From the IMG/VR virus record IMGVR_UViG_3300021255_000152, positions 1-64,000 of that record: DNA of 64,000 nucleotides. The stretch is one strand, 5' to 3'. Each line of letters opens with the position of its first letter. Positions within the stretch are counted from its first letter, which is position 1. Source of the DNA: a virus. Its lineage: Duplodnaviria > Caudoviricetes. Shown piece after piece: positions 49,797 through 61,337 of the stretch. Under the pieces are notes generated by a model. It did no database searches. It had not been told where the DNA came from and saw only the letters and a program-made list of their open reading frames with translations. A program made the position numbers and the translations under genes.

Positions 49797-52700
49797 ATGG
49801 CTAATGAACACAAATTTTGGCCTATTCGAGGTACAGAAGATCAGATCTTAAAGCAGCCTTACTTTGATGGTAAAATTTATTTTGCTTATGATACAAATAA
49901 AATTTACCTCGACGTAAATGGTTCTAAGCATCCAATGGGTAGCGGAAGTTCTGGTATCTTATATGCAGAAGCAAATGAAGATACTTTGACAAAAGAAGTT
50001 CCAGAAGATGAAGCTGACGATAAGTATTTTATGTCTATCGAAGCCCTAGAAGAAAAAAGTCGTTCAAAGAAAGTTCTTGCCGATGATTTAATTCTCAATG
50101 CGGATGGTCGATTTTTTAGAATACTTAGTGTTGATGACGCAAATCAACAAATATACTGCCAATTACTTGCGGTTAGTGGTACCGGCGGTGGTGGCGGTGG
50201 TGGAGCCACTTACTCCAATAGAAGTAAAATATATAAAAAAGATCCAGCATCTAACTACCTTATTAACGGAAGAGCTGCTTCCATTGAGGTTTATGCAGTA
50301 TCTGGACGTGATCCAGAAGATGGCAGTCAATTAGATGAAAAGTTAATTGTTCACTGGGTTTTATCAGAAAAGACTTCTACTGGCTTGTGGAGTGAATATA
50401 AATCAGAGACATTCCCTATTGATGCTTCTACAACAGAAGATCCAATTTGGAAATCTTTTGAGTTTGGTACAAAAGCGCGTCAATCTACAACCAATAGACT
50501 CACCATGTGGGTAACTGGTAGCGCAAGTACTGAAAGTAGAAGTTTTGAATATGAATTCTATACTTCTGAATTAAGACTTGAAAAACACCCTAACTTCAGT
50601 AACGTTAATACCTACAGTTCAAATGGCGTAAATATCTACTGCACTACTGTTGGTGATTTGGAAAAAGCTATTTACTACTATTTTGAAACTGATGATGGAG
50701 AAGTTCTTTTAAATCCTGGTGGAACTATCGTTGGCGCAGGTACAAGTGAGCAAAGTTTCACCGTTCCTGCTGAATATGCAACTCATGGTTCTCATAAAGT
50801 TCGTATTGCACTTTATCAGAGTATTAATGGAGAAACTGATTTTAACGCATCTGCAGAACCTATTGAAATGGAAATTGCAGTAGTTGAAGTTGGAAATGAA
50901 AAGCCTATTATTTGGTTAGGCGATTATAAAGACGAATATTACCAGTATGATAATATTAGAATTCCTTTCAGAGTTTATGATCCAAGCGCAGTTATTGGTA
51001 CAGAAATAACTCTCTACAAAGATTCTGATAAGATTGGTAATAGAACAATCACCGATAATACTGTTTTCTCTACTTGGGAAATTATTGACGGCGATTTAAA
51101 TATGCGCAATTACTACTACATTTCTTGCGGAAAAGATGATTTAGAAACTCGTAGAGAAATTACTTTCATGATTTCTGAAGACCCTACCCGTGCAGATATG
51201 AAGATTGCTAAAGCTGGTTTAAGATATGTGTTTGATGCAAGTGGCCGTAGTAACAGTGAATCTGCTACAAATAGAGCAACTGTTGTTTATGGCGAAGGCG
51301 ATAACGCAATCAGAGCAAAATTAGATGGATTCAACTGGTATAACAACGGTTGGGTTACAGATAGTGCTACTGGTAATACTTGCTTAAGAATTAGTAATGG
51401 TGCAGTACTCTCAATTCCTTTAAAACAGACAATATTTGCTACAAGTTCTGCTTCTGAACAATCTCATACTTTTGAATTCCAGTTCAAAGTACGTAACGTT
51501 CAGGACTATAGTAGCATCGTACATAACGTAACTCGTTATCAGGGAAATACAGAAGAACAGCATCCACCAACATATCCTAACTGGACTGATGAAAACGCAT
51601 ATAATGTTTATACTCATCCAGAGCTTTATTTAGAATGGAGTAATGGTAAAGAGTTTGATAACTACGATGCGTTCTTACAATGGTACTTACCTGCTTACGC
51701 AGAACGTCATCCAGAAACAATAGCAACAATTCCTCCTTCTTATGATAACTTGGAATATAGAAAAACAGATAAGATTTTAAGCACTAACTATGCTGCTGGT
51801 CGTTATTTTGATGGACAGCATGGTATCTGCATTGGCGCACAGGATGCGTTATTCACAAATGGTGTAGATACAGTCAATGTTTCTTACGTTGAAGATAAAT
51901 TAGTAAATCTTTCTATCGTATATTCTCACGGTTCTGGTGATGAAGGTGGAAGTAACAAGTTAATGTCCATTTACTTAAATGGTATGCTAACTGGTGTTGC
52001 TCGTTCTACTGTTGATGGCTCTTGGACTATTGGTAATGATGATACAATCAACATTATCTTCGATTCTAAATATTGTGATTTTGATCTTTTCAAGATTAGA
52101 ATTTACAATCAGCCTTTAACATTGCCTGTTATTTTAACTAACTACATGGTTGATTTAAAAGACCCTGTTGGTTATGACTTAACTCGTATTGCGGCTGTAA
52201 ATAACACAATTGGAGAATCTCAGTTGAATTTCAATGATATGATTACATATAATGAAAACCATCCAGATGGTTACATTATGCCATATCTTATCATTACAAC
52301 AAATCCTAAACATGACAATAAACTCCCATGGTCTAAATCTGTAAAATTAGAGGATTATGCAACCTTTGAATTTGTAAATACTGGTCTTGAACGTGCTTAT
52401 AATACTGGCGAACTTGGTCAGCTTGCTGAGCGCGCAGGTCAGACAGTAGAAGAATATTATAAACATCACTGCCCATCTTGGACAGGTGATAATATCACTA
52501 TTCAGATTCAGGGTACTTCATCTGAATTCTATCCAAGACGTAACTATAAAGCAAAAACAAAGGATAGTAGCAAAAAGGTAAATATGTATATGAACCGCGG
52601 ACCATTTGTCCAGACATATGCAAATCCTGAAACTAAAGAACAAACCCATCTAGATTTCTTCTATATGGACAATGATACTGTTGGAACTACAAAATTCACT

Positions 52701-55700
52701 TTGAAGATTGACTTTATGGAATCTTCTGGAACTTATAACATGGGTTTTGCTAACCTTGTTAAGAATGCTTATACTCACCATCCTTTATATGATTATTATC
52801 AAAAGGGTGCTATTATGAAAGCTGATACTGAATATAAAGTATCTACTGAATATAAAGAAGGCACAACTTACTGGTATAAGAACCATAAAGGAAATATGAA
52901 AAACACTGTCGATGATGAATTAAAGATTCAGACAGCAGAAGACTATGCTATGGGTCCTGTTGCTTTTGCGCAGTCTATTGGACAAACAAAGGTTTTAACA
53001 GATCCAGCAGTTGAAGGTTATAATACTTGGTATGAAGCTACAACTGTATATAGTACAGCTCCTACTCCAGATTACCTTGATGATTACAGAACATCTGTAC
53101 AAGGTTTCCCTGTATTAACATTCCATCGTAAGACAGATGCAAACGGTAACGTTACAGGTATCAGCTATATCGGAAGATATAACATGTTACTTGATAAAGG
53201 TTCTGATGAAGCATATGGTTTTAAACCAATTGATGAAGTTTATCAGAAATTCGTTACAAAGAAGAATAAACCTGTTAAAGTTAGTAAGGTTGCAGAGTGC
53301 TGAGAAGCTGAGAACAACTCTCGTGGTTTCTGCTCATTCCGTGACGCTTCTACTAATAGAACAGATGATAAGTTCTTCGACACAGGTGCATTAACTGTAC
53401 ATGGCGCACCTATTGTTGCTGACTACTGGGAATATCGTTATCATAGTTGCGCTGATTCATTAGATATCCTTTATGAATTAGATGCAAATATTTCTGACGA
53501 AGATTCCATCGCTACAGTAGCAGATGAACTTGGAGTAGATATCCAGGATTCTACAGCAATTCCATCTCCAGATTCAAATTATAAGGGAACTTATACTCAG
53601 GGTATGAAGAATGCTGGCGATGCTTTATTAAAGACTTACTCTAACTGGGAAAGAGCAGTAAGATGGGTTTATAGTACAGACCAAGATGCTGTTCCTTCTA
53701 TGGGTGTTTATTCTAAAGTAGATTTAGGTTTAGAAGCATATGTGCCAAATCTTTATTACATCTTAAATAGTGATAGTGAATATGAATTAGATACTAGCGA
53801 AACATATGATCCACTTCTCACATATTATAAAGCATCTGGAGAAGAATATACTCCTATTAAGCTCTGCGCAGATAGTAGTTTGATTTATCAGCCAAATACT
53901 TACTACATTCCTTCTACATTAAAAGAAGGTGAGTATGTATTAGACCCTGAAACTGCATTTAATCCAAACTATACATATTACAACCTTACTGCAAATGAAG
54001 CAGAAAGTGGCGCAGTTGCACTTCCAGAGCCAGTTACATATAATGGACACGTATATTCATACGATACAAAAGAATATAGAAATGCTAAATTCACAAACGA
54101 TTTAAGCAAACACTTTAATCTTGAGTATCTCGTTACTTACTTCGTAATGACTGAAGTCTTCGAGTGCTATGACTCTCGTGGTAAGAACGCGATGTTCGCT
54201 TCTTGGGGTCCTCAGGAAGAAGGCGGAGATTATATTTGGTATCCAATATTCTACGATATTGATACTCAGTTAGGTATTAATAACACAGGTATTCCTTCTT
54301 TCGAATACTACGTAGATGCAACTGAAAATGGTACTTTCTCTACTAACGATAGCTTGCTATGGAATAACTTATATAAGAACTTCCGTGGTTTAATTATCCA
54401 AAAGTATAGACAGTTAAGAGGTACTAACTCCACATATCAGAGCTTAAAGTACGCTCCATTACAGACAGTAGATAGAATTGAAAGCTGGTATCTTGCAGAT
54501 CCAGAAGCTACTGGTAGTATGGTAATGAGAGGTGAAAAACCTTTAATCGCTCTTAACCTTGATGAATACTATAAGTACATTACTATTACTAATCCATTAA
54601 TGGGTTATCAGGATAGAAATGGCGGAACTGGTATTGATAATGGTACTTACTTCTACGCACTTCAGGGTGATAGAAGCTTATCAAGACAGCAGTTCTTAAT
54701 TAACCGTTTCAATTACATTGACTCTTGGTTAAATCAGGGTAACTACGAACGTGGTGGTACAAACATTATTCGTGGTCGTATCGCCGCAAACAGTCCTTCA
54801 AATACATCCGATAAATGGATTGAAGGTGAAACTATTAACACTGAACCAACACTTAATACAAATGTTCCTTACTGGAAAGATGCTGCCGAAACTCAAAAGA
54901 CACACCTTTTTGATGGTGAATATTGGATTAACATGGAGCCTGTTAGAAACTCTTATGTTACTGTTGGTACAGATACAGCAAACTTCCCATCTTTGAAATA
55001 TACAAACCTTGATGGTCCAGTTAAGTTCGTAACTCCAGACTTAGAGAACGGTGTTCGTAAGAGTGGTGGATATCACGAACAGCTCTACTATATCTATGGA
55101 CTTGACCAAATGAAGAGTCTTGGCGATATGAGTAGATTATATTGGACTGAATTTAATATTGAAGGTTCTGCTACAAAGATGACTGACTTATTACTTGGTT
55201 ATGACGGCTTGGATGAAGAAGGCAATTTCTATCTTAACGATAGAATCAATATGTACGGTATTCATGCAAGCAGCTCCGCAAGTGATAAGGGAGGTATGCC
55301 ACTCTTAAAGAGAGTAAATCTTTCCTATGTTAGATTCAATGATGAAGCTCCTACATATAATTTCACAAGCTGTGAAAAACTTGAAGACTTTAGAGCTATT
55401 GGTTCTAACATTACAAATGTTTCCTTCGCAAATGGTGTTGCTTTAAATACACTCTATCTCCCAGAGACAATCAAGAGATTAGACTTAACTGAAGCAACAA
55501 AACTTAATAACATTGTAACACAGTACATTCCTCGTAATGATGCTGCAGGCATTGATGTTACACGCGGATTATATATTCCTAATTTAACAGATAAGGCCGA
55601 TAACGAAGCTACTTCTCAAATTGAAACAATTAGTCTCATTGGAGATTGCTTAGGTTATGATAGTTATAAGTTATTAAGAAAATACTATAACGCACGTATG

Positions 55701-57641
55701 GGTGCGGCAATGTCTTATATTACAATGACAGATGTAAGATGGACTCCATATAAGCAATTAGATGAAGGAACTCCTTACAATGTTGATGATAATAATGCTC
55801 ATTTATATTGGGTAGATGATGGTCACTTCGGACTTAAAGAATATGTTCATGAGAACTATGATACTTGAACATTATTAATTAAGAATGGAGAACTTTACAG
55901 ACTTAATACTCAATTAGATGGCTCTACTATTAAATCTACAGATTTATTGATGCAGTTAAAGAACGCAAGTAATTTCAGAAGTGCTGCTGCTACAAGCACA
56001 CCAGTTCCTGTTATTACTGGTATCATCTACGTTGATAATGATACTCCTATCAACGAAAGAGATATTGAAGCTAACCTAGTTTCTGCTTACCCAGACTTGA
56101 AATTCTTCTTCAAGCAGGTTGAACAGGTTCCTGCTGCTAAATATATTATCCTCAATGATGATGGTACTTACGATACTCTCGTAAGAAGAACATTAGCCGC
56201 AAATGAGACATTCTTCCCTAATCCTCTAACTCTCGTTTCTTCTAGAGAATTAGATAGATATGAAACTCGCTTAAAGTACGACTTCTATGGTTGGGGTACA
56301 GTTCCACTAAGTCCTGCTGGAGTAGAAAACCTCAGAGACGATAACTGGTTTAAAGAAGAAAAAGGTAATCTTGTTGTAACAACAGATAACCCTGAATCTC
56401 CTGCCTTAACTTCCGACATGTGGTATAATAATTGAGATTCACTTTCTATTCAAGAAGGTGTAAATGATTACGTATTCTATGCTGTCTTTGGTGTGCATAA
56501 GTACATCATGACATTTAAGAATGGCGATAATACTACAGATGCTGGTATCTTGAAGATCGAAGCTGAAAGTCCAGTTCCATATCCAAAGACAATTGTTCCT
56601 TCTAAATCTGAAAAAGATTTACCTTTCGATCAGACATATTACTTCACAGGTATATGGAGATTAGAAAATGGAACAGAGTTGAAGGATGGAGTATTTAAGT
56701 CTCAAAGAAATCTTACTTTCTATCCTGAGTTTGCAACAAGAGACGTTCATTCCGCTCCAACAAACTTAGACTACTTTGAATTTAAGACATACGAATACTT
56801 GGATGGTAGTCCTAACTTTAGTACAAACTTTGCGATTCCTCAGTATGTAAGTGGTTCAACATATAACGTAAATGGTGTTTCAATTGGTATTAAACCTGGA
56901 GTTACTCTAAGTGGAAAGGTTACACTTCCTACTTATGATCCAAATGGAAGACCTGTTGTAGCATTTGATGCAAGCTGAAGTATTCCGGGCCTTACTCAGA
57001 AGCCATTACCTCAAGGCTGTGTAGGCGGACAAAACATTACACATATTTTCTGGTATCATACAGATGGTAAGGATCCAATGCTCAGAATTATTCCTGAATA
57101 CACATTTGCTGGTTCAACAGATGACAAAATGAACTTGCAGTATTTTGAATTCCCATCTTCATTACGTGTAGTTAATCACTATGCATTCTATCGTGCTCAA
57201 TCATTAACTGATATTAATCTTAGAGATGCTAACAATCTTTTATGGATTGGTAATAACGCATTTAGATTATCCACAGGTAGTACCGAAGAAGAAATTTTAA
57301 ATATGGGAGATATTTACATCCCAAGCTCTGTTGCTTCCATTGGTGCGCAAGCATTTGCCGCAATTAATGGTAACTATGGAACTGTTCAATTTGGTACTGC
57401 TCCTACTGGTTCTCGCTTATGTAGATTAGGAGAGTTAGATTTTACTGCTCAAGATGTAACAGTAACAATATTCTCTTCTATTGGAAACATTGGCGTATTT
57501 AGATTCTATGCTTCTTCAACCGCCCAAAAGAATGCTATGATGAAATTTGTTAATGATACTGGTGATGCTTTCCAGACATTCTCAATGTTTGAAAGAGCCG
57601 GAACAAAAGAGTATCTTGATGCAGGAAATCTTTCAAGTTAA
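49797..57641 (+). CDS. Giant virion-associated protein, ~2614 aa: LamG/ConA-like, CotH-kinase-like and leucine-rich repeat (BspA/LRR_5-like) regions; 4 TGA=Trp
   Basis: Five fragments in one frame; motifs SIYLNG...FKIRIYN, QGTSS..YPRRNYK, KIDFMESSG, DSRGKN, WYPIFYDIDT, IPSSVASIGAQAF. Confidence 0.8.
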
Positions 57642-57654
57642 AGGAGAATAAAAT

Positions 57655-57870
57655 ATGATTAAGACACCAATTTATACTTATTTAGGTACAAATGGAACTC
57701 TTACTACTCCAATTCATCTTGAGGGTATTTATGCTGTCGTAAAGTATCAGCTTGATGCAGAAGGAGATAAGTTCTTAACAAAGGATAATAAATCTTATGT
57801 TAAGACAGTTCTTTGTCCTGAAAGTGAAGTTGCCCTTTGGAAAGAAGTTTCCAAAAAGGCCAAAATATAA
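57655..57870 (+). CDS. Small hypothetical protein
   Basis: 71 aa, AAGGAG RBS. Confidence 0.7.
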   Translation: MIKTPIYTYLGTNGTLTTPIHLEGIYAVVKYQLDAEGDKFLTKDNKSYVKTVLCPESEVALWKEVSKKAKI

Positions 57871-57903
57871 CAATAAAACTTAATATAAAATTAAGTATAA
57901 TAG
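57858..57903 (+). promoter_or_regulatory. Candidate phage late promoter motif
   Basis: GGCCA-N10-A-N17-TTA-N7-TAG. Confidence 0.5.
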
Positions 57904-57906
57904 TTA

Positions 57907-57940
57907 AGGGGAAGGGAAACCCCCTTCCCCTATTTTTTTT
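57907..57940 (+). terminator. Terminator-like hairpin
   Basis: AGGGGAAGGG/CCCTTCCCCT plus T8. Confidence 0.8.
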
Positions 57941-57962
57941 CAAAAGTTAGGAGGAAACATAA

Positions 57963-60467
57963 ATGATCACTTATATTGACAGTGAAAATAAACAAGACTA
58001 TACCGTGTTGTTTAATAAAGCCTCTGCAAAACTAGGATTAATTCCAATTATAAAAGAAACTCTTAATCCTACTACTCTTAAAACAGAAATCACTTATCAA
58101 AAGAGTGTTTTCAAGAATGAGAAGTGGGAAGTTGTTGATTGCGAAGTCAAGAAAGACGAGCAGGGTAATCCAGTAAGAGATTCTGAAGGAAATTTAATTC
58201 AGCTCGAAGTTGATGCCGATGGTAATCTCTTAGAGCTTGAAAGAAATGGTGCCGGTGAAATTGTACTTGACACACAGGGAAATCCTACTGTTTTAAGAAC
58301 AATTCGTGGTATCGCAAGCTTAAACGAATATTTCCAACACATTGTTGAATTAGCTGGTTTAGCTATTGGCGAAGGCCGTTCAGGTTCTGATCCATATTTC
58401 TTAAGAGTTCCTCTTGATGAACCTTTCTTTGAAATTAATGCAAATACTCGTGGAATTACAGTTCCAGGAGAATTGAGTCAGGTAGGTATCATAGGCGATA
58501 AACTTGCTGAAGTAGTATTCTTCAGAATTGATAGATACTTTGATGCCGTTGATTTAAACACAAGAGATATTTATATTGAGTGGGAACTTCCTGACGGAAC
58601 AAAGGGTATCTCAAGAGATTATCTTCGTGATGTTCAATCCGAAAAAGATAAGATTATCTTCGGTTGGGTAATTGGTGACGAATTAACTCAGCAAGTTGGT
58701 ACAATCCGCTTCGCTGTTAGATTTGTTGAATGGCTTGATAAGAATTATAAAGTTAATGAAAGTACAGGCGAAAGAGAACAGATTGATGAAGCTATTACTG
58801 GAACAGAGTTACTTTATAGCTTTAGCTCTTTACCTGCAACAATTTCTGTTTCTGATAGCTTACATTATTCTTTATTTGAAGATGATGAAGCTTTAGAGAT
58901 TTATTCCAGACAGACAGAACAGAACGTTGGTACAATTTCTCTCTATCTTGAACCATCTCTTCCAGATAGCACAGATCAGACAGCTCCTATTCCAGCAGAT
59001 ACACCTAGATTCATTAGAGACTTGAATAAGACTTACTATCCTACTGCTACTGCCGCTTCCGCAGATAAGAGTTTTGACTTCATTATTAATTTAATTGATG
59101 AAAAGCTTGATCTTGATGTTGAAGCAGTTGCTGAAGATGGTGGCGCAATTAGCTACATCTTCGGTAGAAGAGAACACTCTGAAGATGAAGGTACAGGTGT
59201 TAAGCCTACTGGAACAGTTGGTCTTGTAGCGAAGACTTCTTTTGTTGCTTGGACAAAGCAGGCGATTTTAGCAGGTGCTGTAGATCAGCATGGCAAGCTT
59301 GATAGAACATTCTACAAGAAGTTAGAAAATCAGACTTATGAAGTTGTAAGTCAGGTTTATATTGAAGATAGTGATGATGACACTGTTTTCTATGAAAAGG
59401 TTGCTAAGACAGTTATTGACAAACCTGGTCATTACTATGCTATTGCAACAAATAGAGCTGGTGGTAAGAAACCTACTAAGGCATATAGTTCTACATTCTA
59501 TGTTCCTTGGGCAGCTAAACCTACTGCAACAAAGCAAATGCCTTCTAGATTCATTCCTAAAGAAGATGTTTATACTATCGCTGCAAACCCAGAAATTCCT
59601 GAATCTAACGTAGGTGAATATCAGAATCAAACTAACGTTCGTGCAACTAAGACAGCTGTACATAATAATGTTACAGTTACACTTGCACCAGAGGTTAGCG
59701 TAGATAATGATATCAATGTTCCAAACTTAACATATCAGTGGTATAGAAACCCTAATAACCACTTACAGAGTTTATCTACATTCCATCCAGAAGCTTACAC
59801 AAGACCTACTGATGGAGCTAATAAAGTAACAGATGATGTTTGGGCAGCAACAGAAGCAGCTCTTATTACTAGAGATGGTTGGACACCTATTGAGGGCGCA
59901 ACTAATGCAACATATACTACAAATGAACCTGGATGCTATGCAGTAAAGATCACTAACTCTTATAATAATAGTAGCAAAGCTACTAACTTATTAGATGCTG
60001 GCGTATGCCGTGTTACTAATATGCCTAGTGTTCCTACTGTAGATTGGGATAAGTTCATTTCTGATGCAACAGATCATGGTACTATTGATACTGAAATTGG
60101 TATCAGCCTCAATAAGCATATTTCTGAAAGAGCAGATGGTGAAGAACCAACTCCTATTGATTACGATGAGATTAAGTATATCTGGCACAAGATTACTCTT
60201 GCTAAAGATATGCCTGAAGGCTCTGAAGAAAATGCATATCTCTATGATACAGAATATGCTACAGATGCCGACATTGAGCGCCCACAGGGAATCTTAACAT
60301 TCAATGATGGCCTTACTGATAAGATTCCTTTTGGTTTTAAGAAAACTGGAAACTACTATCTTGAACTTCAGATTACATTAAATGGTGCAACACGTATCAT
60401 TAACTATGGACAGAAGGAAGATACACCAAACGGTGGAATAGTAATTGGTATTACTAGCGGAAACTAA
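57963..60467 (+). CDS. Baseplate upper (BppU-N-like) protein with Ig-like C-terminal domains
   Basis: 834 aa; GDKLAEVVFFRIDRYFD..DL...GTIRFAVRF; LTYQWY...IEGATNATY...GCYAV Ig-like motif; no TGA. Confidence 0.7.
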   Translation: MITYIDSENKQDYTVLFNKASAKLGLIPIIKETLNPTTLKTEITYQKSVFKNEKWEVVDCEVKKDEQGNPVRDSEGNLIQLEVDADGNLLELERNGAGEIVLDTQGNPTVLRTIRGIASLNEYFQHIVELAGLAIGEGRSGSDPYFLRVPLDEPFFEINANTRGITVPGELSQVGIIGDKLAEVVFFRIDRYFDAVDLNTRDIYIEWELPDGTKGISRDYLRDVQSEKDKIIFGWVIGDELTQQVGTIRFAVRFVEWLDKNYKVNESTGEREQIDEAITGTELLYSFSSLPATISVSDSLHYSLFEDDEALEIYSRQTEQNVGTISLYLEPSLPDSTDQTAPIPADTPRFIRDLNKTYYPTATAASADKSFDFIINLIDEKLDLDVEAVAEDGGAISYIFGRREHSEDEGTGVKPTGTVGLVAKTSFVAWTKQAILAGAVDQHGKLDRTFYKKLENQTYEVVSQVYIEDSDDDTVFYEKVAKTVIDKPGHYYAIATNRAGGKKPTKAYSSTFYVPWAAKPTATKQMPSRFIPKEDVYTIAANPEIPESNVGEYQNQTNVRATKTAVHNNVTVTLAPEVSVDNDINVPNLTYQWYRNPNNHLQSLSTFHPEAYTRPTDGANKVTDDVWAATEAALITRDGWTPIEGATNATYTTNEPGCYAVKITNSYNNSSKATNLLDAGVCRVTNMPSVPTVDWDKFISDATDHGTIDTEIGISLNKHISERADGEEPTPIDYDEIKYIWHKITLAKDMPEGSEENAYLYDTEYATDADIERPQGILTFNDGLTDKIPFGFKKTGNYYLELQITLNGATRIINYGQKEDTPNGGIVIGITSGN

Positions 60468-60481
60468 AGGAGGTATAAGAG

Positions 60482-61189
60482 ATGATTACAACTCCTGAAG
60501 AATATTTTAAATATCTTTGAGGTATTGAAGCTCAGGAGCCTCTTTTAGACGATGAAGGTAACGTACAATATGATGAAAATGGGGAGGTTATTATGACGGG
60601 TGTTAATCCTAATAATAACCGCCCTATCCTTTCTATCATTCTACCTTCTGATGAAAGAACTTTTGACGTCGATTTAGACAGCAGAGAGATTTCAGTACCT
60701 ACCTTTTTAAGTGTTCAAAAAGATCATCGCGCAGAAACAGTATATTTCTTAGTCGATAGATTTTACGAATATAAAGATTTAGCAACAACATCTTGTGTTA
60801 TTGAATATATCAATGCAAAAGGAGAAGGTGGATTCTACGTTGTTCCTTTCTATGATATTTCAACATATAAACATTACATGGATGATAATGATGTCCTCCA
60901 TCAAGATAAGATGTTGATTCCTTGGTGCATTGAAGGTGATGTTACCAAGGCCCCAGGCGCAGTACAATTTGCGATAAGATTCTATGAATTAGACGCAACA
61001 GGAACAGAATTTATCTATAACCTTAGAACAAATACCGCTAGTGCGCAAGTTCTTGAGGGAATGGATGAAAGCATTCTTGATAAAAGTATTGACCCAGAAT
61101 TATCTCCTAATTTAATTCACCAATTAAATGATAAGTACGACAATATCGTAACAACCATTTATTGGACTGATTTGCCTGGTTTGCATTAA
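60482..61189 (+). CDS. BppU-N-like protein, paralogue of the preceding gene, 235 aa; TGA=Trp at 60518
   Basis: AGGAGG RBS; DHRAETVYFLVDRFY..DL...GAVQFAIRF. Confidence 0.72.
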
Positions 61190-61194
61190 AAACT

Positions 61195-61223
61195 AATAGA
61201 GCCGAAAGGCTCTATTTTTTTTT
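61195..61223 (+). terminator. Intrinsic terminator
   Basis: AATAGAGCC-GAAA-GGCTCTATT plus T tract. Confidence 0.85.
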
Positions 61224-61269
61224 GGCCAGGTATTATTAAATTTCATTTTATAGCTTTTATTTCTCTTAG
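61224..61269 (+). promoter_or_regulatory. Candidate phage late promoter motif
   Basis: GGCCA-N10-A-N17-TTA-N7-TAG between two terminator-like hairpins. Confidence 0.55.
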
Positions 61270-61282
61270 AGAAAGAAATTTT

Positions 61283-61314
61283 GTTATGCTCTATATGTGA
61301 GCATAACTTTTTTT
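61283..61314 (+). terminator. Second terminator-like hairpin in the leader
   Basis: GTTATGCTC/GAGCATAAC plus T7. Confidence 0.7.
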
Positions 61315-61337
61315 ATATTAAGGAGAAAGGAGCAAGT

